A stretch of 64,000 bases of DNA. Origin: Macrostomum lignano. Taxonomy: Eukaryota. The notes beneath the pieces are model-generated. The model was not told the DNA's origin. It did no database searches and was given only the letters and a program-made list of their open reading frames with translations. Below are positions 41,201-50,381 of this stretch, piece by piece. The translations under genes and the position numbers were made by a program. The stretch is taken from contig NIVC01000708.1 in assembly GCA_002269645.1 (NCBI GenBank), forward strand, positions 1-64,000, in the 5' to 3' direction. Positions within the stretch are counted from its first letter, which is position 1. Every line of letters begins with the position of its first letter.

Positions 41201-43691
41201 GATTTTGTCAGCCCCAAATCTGTTTGCCTGTCCGTGTTTTGTCTGCCGTGTGGTTTTCAGTTCAGTTTGACGTGACCAGAACAAAGCATGCCGGCTGTTA
41301 ACAGAGTTTAGCAATAGCGCATGTGAATTTTATGAATAAGTTCTCGCTTTTTGTAAGGCTGAGGACCGAGCTGAGAAGGCGGAGCGCGAGTCTGTTAAGC
41401 ACCAGAAGGAGCTCGACAAGGCTGAGGGTGAGCAACTGCTTATTGATTCTCAGTTTGTGTTTGCAGTAGGGATGATGGAGTACAAGTGAGATGCAAGGGA
41501 TAGATTTGAGATTCAGTTGTAGAAGAAGGCACAGTGTAGAAGGAGGGAACAGAGGGGTAGAAGGGGGTCACAGAGGGGAGAAGGGGGGCACAGAGGGGTA
41601 GAAGGGGTCACAGAGGGGAGAAGGGGGGCACAGAGGGGTAGAAGGGGGTCACAGAGGGGAGAAGGGGACACAGAGGAGAAAAGGGAGACAGGGGGAGAAG
41701 GAGGCACAGACAGGAGAAGGGGACACAGAGGAGAAAAGGGAGACAGGGGGAGAAGGAGGCACAGACAGGAGAAGGAGACACAGAGGAGAAAAGGGAGACA
41801 GGGGGAGAAGGAGGCACAGACAGGAGAAGGGGACACAGAGGAGAAAAGGGAGACAGGGGGAGAAGGAGGCACAGACAGGAGAAGGGGACACAGAGGAGAA
41901 AAGGGAGACAGGGGGGGGAGGAGGCACAGACAGGAGAAGGGGACACAGAGGAGAAAAGGGAGACAGGGGGAGAAGGAGGCACAGACAGGAGAAGGGGACA
42001 CAGAGGAGAAAAGGGAGACAGGGGGAGAAGGAGGCACAGACAGGAGAAGGGGACACAGACCGAGTGGCGTCAACGTTTCCCCCATTCGCTCCGCAGAGCG
42101 CCTCCTGGAGGAGAAGCAGCGCAACGCCAGCCTCAAGCAGGAGATGGACAGCATGCTTGGCGAGTTCCAGAAGATCTAAAAGAGAATGGGAGACCCAGAG
42201 AGCTCCGTAGCAATAGAATGAGTTTACTGTTACAGAACACTGAAAACGTGGACCCAGCTGCTTGGGCACCCAAGTTTATTTATTAACAATTTATATATTT
42301 ATTAACATTGCACGGGTTTTCGTTAGTTTGCTGTTGTTGCATGGTCTGTTGCAACCGAGTTTGCACTTTTGGCCTGATCGAGCTTCGCTGATACGGCGCT
42401 TAGCAACAAGAGTGTGTTTTCCTTAGTTACGGATTGTTTCTTTACGGTCTCTCCGAGGCAGTAAGTTTTTTTCATTAATCGAACCCACAATCAATACGCG
42501 CTTGTTTTGCTACTAATAATAGCTTTGGCAGTAGTGTATTTGGAATTGTTTATTAATAAAATTTCTGATTGCATTGCTTCTGCCTTCTGCCTTTTTTGTC
42601 TACTAAAACTGCCTGGTGTTAATGCTGCTAGCCCGTGCTACCAATACTATCCGATTGAATTACCTTAGCCATCTATTTGATGCCAGATAGATCAAGTAAG
42701 CGCTTTTTCTCTTGCAAGTAGAATTCTTGCTAGTCTAAAACTCTGCACTGATGACATTTTTTCAATGAATGAATATAAAAATAGCAACGTACTCATCTTA
42801 CTACTGTCGCCGGTCTGTTCGAGTAGAGTTCAGTTCGGAAGCTTGCCCCACCCACTTCAGATCCGCTAAGCTTCATCAGCCAGCTTTTTGTTATAAATTA
42901 GCGTTATTATAGTCTATGCTATAGTTATTATTATTTGAACCAAATATAGTTATAGACAATTTTGCAGTTTCTATCGCTTTTCGCTACTGTCAGTAGCGGT
43001 TAGGAAATATTTTAATTTTAGGAAAATCAAGAACGGCCAGCTGCACGCTCTGTTTGTATTCCTGCGTATTATTATTATTATAATTACTACTGATAATCTT
43101 TCTGCGTTACTAACTGTTTATAATAAATAAACAATTTCTAATATTAAAAAAATATTGTCAATCTGCAATCTGCTTGTTTTTCAACAGTGAAAGGAGTTTG
43201 GCATGCTGAAAATTTTTTAATTGTGTTTTTTCCCTGCCGTTCAGTGACTTTGCTTTGTTCTGCATGCCGCCTTTGACAGCGTGGCCTGCATGGTTTTACA
43301 CAGTTTTTTGGCTTTCCCTGGGCTGACAAATCCGGTTCGTTTCCATGTAAAGTTACAAGGAGTGTCACAAATGCAGAAGTACACTGCTGTAACATTATGT
43401 ACAGTCATTAGAAATTCAGATCTATTATGGCTAAAAATGTACATTGCTTTGAAAATGTACAGTGCTGTAGGGACAGAAATCTATATTCAGTGGGTTAGAA
43501 AAGTACATTGGTCACAAAAGTACACAGCAAGTGCACTCGTACACCACCGCGCACTGAGCGCTACTGACAGTAGCAGCATGGGATTTCAATTCGTTGACAA
43601 ATCCGCAGACGAGCTGCTTTCGGAGAAGGACCGCTACAAAGGCATCAGCGAGGAGCTGGACCAGACCTTTGCCGAGCTCACTGGCTATTAA
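27082..43691 (+). CDS. TPM: Tropomyosin, 284-aa muscle-type (long) isoform
   Basis: Exons 27082-27143 and 27235-27412 (residues 1-80, [26 protein letters not shown]...), 33680-33813 ([12 protein letters not shown]...KAADESER), 35330-35518 ([15 protein letters not shown]...[23 protein letters not shown]), 36883-37021 ([46 protein letters not shown]), 41027-41096 ([23 protein letters not shown]), 43609-43691 ([27 protein letters not shown]). Sums to 284 aa with consistent phases. Confidence 0.93.
28215..29849. mobile_element. Non-autonomous hAT-type DNA transposon (1635 bp) in the tropomyosin intron between the two first exons
   Basis: Perfect 11-bp TIRs CAGTGCTGGGC...GCCCAGCACTG; 8-bp TSD CCATAATC at 28207-28214 and 29850-29857; GTTAA/TTAAC-rich subterminal arrays at both ends; internal inverted CCCCGGGGACCCCGGGGAAAA blocks near 28690 and 29545; no transposase ORF seen. 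Confidence 0.85.
29238..29404. mobile_element. Mini inverted-repeat element nested in the hAT element
   Basis: CATAAGACCGAAATTTCACAACGCC (29251) inverted against GGCGTTGTGAATTTTGGTCTTATG (ending about 29395); 9-bp direct repeat CATTCAAAC at 29229-29237 and 29405-29413; ends GGG...CCC. Confidence 0.6.
30962..30996 (+). promoter_or_regulatory. Candidate internal promoter (TATA plus TCAGTT initiator) or splice acceptor for the short tropomyosin first exon
   Basis: TATATA at 30962 and TCAGTT at 30991-30996, ATG at 31000. The 5'UTR would be only about 7 nt; a TTTTAG acceptor just upstream is an alternative explanation. Confidence 0.3.
31000..42179 (+). CDS. TPM: Tropomyosin, short cytoplasmic-type isoform built from the alternative exon set (251 aa)
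   Basis: Alternative first exon 31000-31140 ([25 protein letters not shown]...NLRTQ, 47 aa, absent from the ORF track), shared exon 33680-33813, then 34020-34137 ([16 protein letters not shown]...KRYEE), 36442-36588 ([23 protein letters not shown]...KSLEQRDAK), 38944-39006 ([21 protein letters not shown]), 41358-41427 ([23 protein letters not shown]), 42097-42179 ([27 protein letters not shown]). Every exon is in register with tropomyosin residues 81-284. This specific pairing of first and last exons is inferred. Confidence 0.8.
32237..32999. mobile_element. Foldback/MITE-like element with ~84-bp inverted arms and internal ~150-bp direct repeats
   Basis: 32237-32320 is the near-perfect reverse complement of 32916-32999. 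The interior has CATAGTCACCT at 32377, 32518 and 32669, and AGGCTTGCCCACTGTCAAG twice, 151 bp apart. Outer boundaries and TSD not resolved. Confidence 0.65.
34520..35296. repeat. (GACA)n tetranucleotide array
   Basis: Same motif as 5672-6852 on the opposite strand; lies between alternative tropomyosin exons 34020 and 35330. Confidence 0.95.
35845..36075. repeat. 20-bp minisatellite (AAAATCCCAATCTGACAGCT)
   Basis: Directly visible. Confidence 0.85.
37195..38222. repeat. ~65-bp G-rich minisatellite with a ~410-bp higher-order unit
   Basis: GCTCTGGCTCTTATCTAGATTGACTAGCTAGAATGGGGTGGGTGTGGGGGG units; the variant GAGGGCTCCTGCTTTT occurs at 37741 and 38151. Confidence 0.9.
39430..40850. repeat. 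22-bp minisatellite (CACCCATAGACAGATTGAGAAT)
   Basis: Homogeneous core with degenerate flanks. Confidence 0.95.
41545..42060. repeat. Purine-rich minisatellite (~21-bp then ~55-bp units)
   Basis: Directly visible, upstream of the acceptor at 42096. Confidence 0.85.
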
Positions 43692-44494
43692 GCAGCTCCG
43701 CCTGGTGGTCGCGGGTTCGAATCCTGCGCCTGACCTGCGCAACGAGGACAATCCTAAACTACAAGCAGTTTTCTTTTTTTCAATTTATCAATTTCTCTGT
43801 CGCTCTGTTTCACTCCTTTTTTTACTTTCTCAATTTCTCTCTCACCTCTGGGCAACAGGAGGGTGCGGTCGCGTGCCTCCTTGCACCAGTCTACTTTTTA
43901 TTAATAACACTACTACTACAAGTAGTCACTACAGCAATATCAATGACCGTACTAGTATGCACGCGTTATACATTTATAATTAAGTAATAATGGCGCTCGA
44001 CTCTGCTTCCGCTTTTTCAAGCCTCCTGAAACTGCAAACCCGAATACTCTTATTCAACTGTACCTGTAACAATTTTAGTTTCAGATTGTTTTACTGTAGT
44101 TTAGCGCTTGCCAATGTCTGCATGCAGTCAGCAGTAACTCAGAAATTATGCAACAGACTTTTTCAATAGAAAACTCTGCGCCCTGAGGTACCGTAAAAGT
44201 TTTCAAAAGTTACATTAGTAATTAAATTTATCTGTAAAGATCTGGACAGATTTAAATTAAATTATTTAACTTAAATAAATGCAATTTTTATCGAGCTAAT
44301 AATTATTAAAATATTAATAATAATTAATATGACTGCTAATTGCTACATTTTTTCTATATTTTCTGCAGCTGTTTCTGAGTTTCGATGGGTGCTTGTGATT
44401 TGAAAGTTTCTGAACATTTATTGAATATTCTTTCTGCTATGTGAATATTGGGAAATGCTATAGCTCCTACTAAACTCTCAATTATCTCTCACCG

Positions 44495-44700
44495 ACTGTC
44501 TTTCAGATTGTTTGACCAGCTGTCAGTCTGCTTGTCCACCTGAGTGTCTTTCTGACTGTTAAACCTGTCAGTCTGCCTGTCCACCGGAGTGTCTTTCTGA
44601 CTGTTAAACCTGTGAGTCTGCCTGTCCACCTGAGTGTCTTTCTGACTGTTAAACCTGTCAGTCTGCCTGTCCACCGGAGTGTCTTTCTGACTGTTTAACT
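44495..44700. repeat. 45-bp minisatellite (TGTCAGTCTGCCTGTCCACC..GTCTTTCTGACTGTTAAACC)
   Basis: About 4 units. Confidence 0.85.
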
Positions 44701-44995
44701 AATCCTTTGTCTCATCAGATTTGTCAGTGCCAATCTTTCCAAACGTATACATAGTGAGTGCTGCTCTGTGCTCGTACTTAAGAGTGCATTTCTAAAAAAA
44801 TGAGTCTCTCGAAAGCATCGCACAATTGTTTTGTTTATTAAAAGACAGGCATATACGATATGTCTATGGCCTAAAAGCAGAGCGAATTTTCAGCAATTCT
44901 CTACCAGGGTTGCTCATTCATTCTGCTGTTAGGAGAAACAAAGCATAAGTCGGCCAAGTTTGCTTGAGCTAACGGAAGATTGGAACAACAAGGAA

Positions 44996-47900
44996 ATGTC
45001 CTTCAACGAGAATGTAAGTTTACATTTGTTCCTGTCATTAAGAGTCAGCAAAACGTACAAACAATGCCCATCGTTCCCTGATCTGTAATACAAAAACGGG
45101 AGACATGCAAAATCAGTCAATTAAGATAAGACGAACCATATATACTCGTTTTGCTCTGTTCGCCCAGGCCCGGCCATTCCTGACTCTCCACGTGGGTCAG
45201 GCTGGAGCACAGATCGGCAACGCGATTTGGGAGCTGCTCTGTCTTGAGCACAATGTTCAAAAAAGCGGCCTAGCCAAGCCCGACTGCCCTAGCAACGGTT
45301 TCTATGACGCAATGTTTGTACGCAATCAGAACGGCCATTTCATGCCCAGGTCGATCTTTTTAGATACGGATCCAACGTGTATTGGTAAGCATATGCTTTA
45401 GATTAGCGGCTTCTGTATCTCCTTCATTGCTGAAACTCTAATTTGGAAGCGGCCAATCAGAATCGGAGGGGTAGCTTGCGGAGTGAGGTGGGTGTCAACA
45501 GGGCAGACAGACCAGTTGAAAAGCAGCCAATCAGAATTTGAGTAACGGATTTTGTTGTCTTGAGTAGTCTCAACTGTTTTTCCGCAGACGAGATTCGAGT
45601 CGGGCCCTACAGGGAGTTGTTCAGCACCCGGCAGCTGCTCAGCGACAGCGCGGACTCTGGGTTCAACTACATGCGCGGCCGGCGCGACTTCCGCCGCAAC
45701 CTCCTGCCGGAAGCAGTTGAAAGGTTTCGCTGGCTCTCTGAGAAGTCGGATGTGACGCCGACCGCATTTCTTGTTCACAGCACCGGCGGCGGCACTGGCA
45801 GCGGCCTGTCGGTGTCCTACCTGGAGGAGCTAAGGTCCGAGTTCGATTCCCGTCTGCAGGTACTTGAGCTAAGCGTCAGCTCGGGCAACAGCGGCCTGCA
45901 GAGCACCTGCGAACTTGTCAACTCGATGCTATACTCATACGAGTCCAAGGACTACACTTCGTTGTCCTTCTCCGTCACCAACTCGGCCATGTTCAACTTG
46001 TGCAGGTCCGGCCTCAGCCTGTACGGTGGCGCCACCTTTGCCCATCTGAATCGCATGCTCGCCATGTGCTTCAGCAACCTGACCGTGATGGAGAGATTTC
46101 CAGGCACCATGATGTGCAACATTGCCAACATTTGCAGCAATGTACTGCCGTTTAAGTAAGTACTGCGACGGTCCGTTACTTGACAAATAGGGAATTCAGG
46201 ATGGTCAGGATGGGATGGTCAGGATGATCAGGATGGTCAGGATGGTCAGGATGGTCAGGATGGTCAGGATGGTCAGGATGGTCAGGATGGGATGGTCAGG
46301 ATGATCAGGATGGGATGGTCAGGATGGTCAGGATAGTCAGGATGGGATGGTCAGGATGATCAGGATGGTCAGGATGGGATGGTCAGGATGATCAGGATGG
46401 TCAGGATGGTCAGGATGGTCAGGATGGGATGGTCAGGATGGTCAGGATGGGATGGTCAGGATGATCAGGATGGTCAGGATGGTCAGGATGGTCAGAATGG
46501 GATGGTCAGGATGGTCAGGATGGTCAGGATGGTCAGGATGGGATGGTCAGGATGGTCAGGATGGTCAGGATGGGATGGTCAGGATGGTCAGGATGGGATG
46601 GTCAGGATGGTCAGGATGGTCAGGATGGTCAGGATGGGATGGTCAGGATGGTCAGGATAGTCAGGATGGGATGGTCAGGATGATCAGGATGGTTAGAATG
46701 GTCAGGATGGTCAGGATGGTCAGGATGGGATGGTCAGGATGGTCAGGATGGTCAGGATGGGATGGTCAGGATGGTCAGGATGGTCAGGATGGGATGGTCA
46801 GGATGATCAGGATGGTCAGGATGGTCAGAATGGGATGGTCAGGATGGTCAGGATGATCAGGATGGGATGGTCAGGATGGTCAGGATAGTCAGGATGGGAT
46901 GGTCAGGATGATCAGGATGATCAGGATGGTCAGGATGGTCAGGATGGTCAGGATGTTCAGGATGGGATTGTCAGGATGGTCAGGATGGTCAGGACGGTCA
47001 GGATGGGATGGTCAGGATGATCAGGATGGTCAGGATGGTCAGGATGGTTAGGATGGTCAGGATGGTCAGGATGGTCAGGATGGTCAGGATGGGATGGTCA
47101 GGATGGTCAGGATGGGATGGTCAGGATGATCAGGATGGTCAGGATGGTCAGGATGGTCAGGATGATCAGGATGGTCAGGATGATCAGGATGGTCAGGATG
47201 GTCAGGATGGTCAGGATGGTCAGGATGGGATGGTCAGGATGATCAGGATGGTCAGGATGATCAGGATGGTCAGGATGGTCAGGATGGGATGGTCAGGATG
47301 GTCAGGATGGTCAGGATGGTCAGGATGGAATGGTCAGGATGGTCAGGATGGTCAGGATGGTCAGGATGGTCAGGATGGGATGGTCAAGATGGTCAGGATA
47401 GTCAGGATGGGATGGTCAGGATGATCAGGATGGTCAGGATGGTCAGGATGGTCAGGATGGGATGGTCAGGATGGTCAGGATGGGATGGTCAGGATAGTCA
47501 GGATGGGATGGTCAGGATGGTCAGGATGGTCAGGATGGTCAGGATGGGATGGTCAGGATGATCAGGATGGTCAGGATGGGATGGTCAGGATGATCAGGAT
47601 GGTCAGGATGGTCAGGATGGTCAGGATGGTCAGGATGGGATGGTCAGGATGGTCAGGATGGGATGGTCAGGATGATCAGGATGGTCAGGATGGTCAGGAT
47701 GGTCAGAATGGGATGGTCAGGATGGTCAGGATGGTCAGGATGGTCAGGATGGGATGGTCAGGATGGTCAGGATGGTCAGGATGGGATGGTCAGGATGGTC
47801 AGGATGGGATGGTCAGGATGGGATGGTCAGGATGGTCAGGATGGTCAGGATGGTCAGGATGGGATGGTCAGGATGGTCAGGATAGTCAGGATGGGATGGT

Positions 47901-50381
47901 CAGGATGATCAGGATGGTTAGAATGGTCAGGATGGTCAGGATGGTCAGGATGGGATGGTCAGGATGGTCAGGATGGTCAGGATGGGATGGTCAGGATGGT
48001 CAGGATGGTCAGGATGGGATGGTCAGGATGATCAGGATGGTCAGGATGGTCAGAATGGGATGGTCAGGATGGTCAGGATGATCAGGATGGGATGGTCAGG
48101 ATGGTCAGGATAGTCAGGATGGGATGGTCAGGATGATCAGGATGATCAGGATGGTCAGGATGGTCAGGATGGTCAGGATGGTCAGGATGGGATTGTCAGG
48201 ATGGTCAGGATGGTCAGGACGGTCAGGATGGGATGGTCAGGATGATCAGGATGGTCAGGATGGTCAGGATGGTTAGGATGGTCAGGATGGTCAGGATGGT
48301 CAGGATGGTCAGGATGGGATGGTCAGGATGATCAGGATGGTCAGGATGGTCAGGATGGTCAGGATGATCAGGATGGTCAGGATGATCAGGATGGTCAGGA
48401 TGGTCAGGATGGTCAGGATGGTCAGGATGGGATGGTCAGGATGATCAGGATGGTCAGGATGATCAGGATGGTCAGGATGGTCAGGATGGTCAGGATGGTC
48501 AGGATGGGATGGTCTGGATGGTCAGGATGGTCAGGATGGTCAGGATGGGATGGTCTGGATGGTCAGGAATGTCAGGACAGTCATCAGTGCCAGGATCAAT
48601 GGTATTCCGAGGCTTCCCAACCAATCCGCAGGCAGCTGAAGCACCCCATCGTGGCCTGCGCGCCGTTTGCTGCAGCCTCGGCTGTCGGCAAGGAGCGCTC
48701 GAGCGCCATCGGCATCACTTCGGCGGTGATGGAGCCTGATGGTCAGCTAGCGGATGTGGACCTGCGCCAGGGCAAGCACATGGCCGGTGCGCTCATCTAC
48801 CGAGGCGCGGCCAAGACAGCCGGCATCGAGCAGGCGCTGCTGTCGCTGCGCGAGCGCGGTCGAGTTCAGTTCGTTGACTGGGCGCCGTCCAGCTTCAAGA
48901 CCGGCCTGTCCGAGCTGCCGCCGCTAGCCGTACCGGACAGCGGCATCGCCGGGCTGCCCCTGTCTGTGACGCTGGTCAGCAATCACTCGGCCGTGGCGTC
49001 ACTTTTCCGCGGCCAATCGACCGCAGTCAGGAAGCTAGTCGAGGCCGGCAGCTGCTTCCTGCGCAGCTACGAGACGAGCGCCGCCAATGGTTCCGAGGCC
49101 GGTGGCGGGTTGGAAGACAGCGGCTCTTCGCAATCGGCTGGTCACAACGTCGGCGGCCGCGGTGGAAACATCGTCGGCCTGCTCCAGGAGGCCTCCGACC
49201 ATTTGGAGGGCCTGGCGCATGTGTACAGCAGCGAGCTTCCGCCGACCCCCACTGGCCAGAAGGCGAACAGCGAAGACTCCGGCGGTCCCAAGCGGATCGT
49301 GGCGTCACCAATGTCGAGGGCGGCAGCCGCCAAGCCGCGCCGGGCCTCGCTGGGTCGGGAGGCGCTGTTCCCCATCGGGCCAAGTCGATCCGGCCGAGTG
49401 CAAGCGGACGAGGAGTCAGCAACCCCGAGCAAAGTCGCCTCTGTGCAGCAACAGTCGACAGGAAGCGGCACCGACGAACGATTCGGACCATCGCAGATGC
49501 AGGAACTGGACTCGCCGGGCAAAGTCGCCTCTGTGCAGCAACAGTCAACGGGAAGCGGCACCGACGAACGATTCGGACCATCGCAGATGCAGGAACTGGA
49601 CTCGCCGGGCGAAGAGGCAGTGGGCTCTTCAGAAATGAAGCCAGAAAGCCAATACTCGCCGGTTGCTATGCAGCCGTCGCAGGAGTACGGTGCGACAGCG
49701 TTCAGCGAAAAAGAGACACTGACAATTGAGAGATCCGATGTGTCCGACAATATGCCGGAGGGAGCGGCGTCGCCGCAAGATAGCGCGGTCACGCAAGGCC
49801 AGCCGGTGACGCTCACGCACACTCAGTCATTCTCCACGCCGACCGCTGACAGCGAAGGAGCCACTCCGCTGGCCAGCGCTCCGCGGCAGGATTATAGCGA
49901 ATCAATATCGAGGCGGCAGCAGAAGCGAGGCGGCGGCAGTGGTGGCTGCTGCCGAAAGCGCAATAAACAGCCGTCGAAACGGTCCGGCGCCCATCAACGG
50001 TCGCGGTCGCAGAATCACGCCAACTCGTGGGGTGCCAAATCCAGCAGGTTCTTCCTGTACAGCGGCAGCAGTAGCAGCCAAGACGACATGCTGGTTGGCA
50101 CCAGGGACGGCTATTCGTATCTGACCTATCATTCGAGTGCCACTCACAGTTTCAGCTTCCTGCCCGCCAACGTGGTCAACTCTCAGGTCGAGAGCGACGC
50201 GAAATCCGAGCTTGACGAGGCCCTCGACTACGCGTCTGTTGGGTCGAGTGGCGCAGCTACGGATAGCGCAACTGATCTGGACGAGATCATACGCGACTGC
50301 GTGCCCGGACCAATGCCTGTTTTGACCAGCGTCAAGAGAATGGTGCAAAAGTACAATGAAATGTTTGCGAAAGAAGGCTGA
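44996..50381 (+). CDS. Highly divergent alpha-tubulin-like protein with a long C-terminal extension (about 850 aa)
   Basis: Exons 44996-45013 (MSFNEN), 45168-45384 (LHVGQAGAQIGNAIWELLCLEH...PRSIFLDTDPTCI), 45588-46155 (DEIRVGPYRELF, NYMRG, HSTGGGTGSG, HLNR), 48632-50381 (GKHMAGALIYRG, QFVDWAPSSFKTG, SNHSAVA, then the tail). Alpha-type motifs; phases consistent; no internal stops. The true start may lie further upstream, as the frame is open back to an AG at 44931-44932. Confidence 0.85.
46195..48575. repeat. 9-bp (GGATGGTCA) plus 5-bp (GGATG) satellite filling the tubulin intron; ~1.2-kb higher-order duplication
   Basis: Rare variants recur 1225 bp apart (GGTTAGAATG 46691/47916; GGATTGTC about 46967/48192; GACGG 46993/48218). 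Confidence 0.95.

Noticed and set aside
46379-48631. MVRMVR/GWSGWS/DGQDGQ ORFs, including the first 67 aa of the 649-aa ORF at 48432
   Set aside because: Satellite-derived; tubulin homology begins only after the acceptor at 48631.
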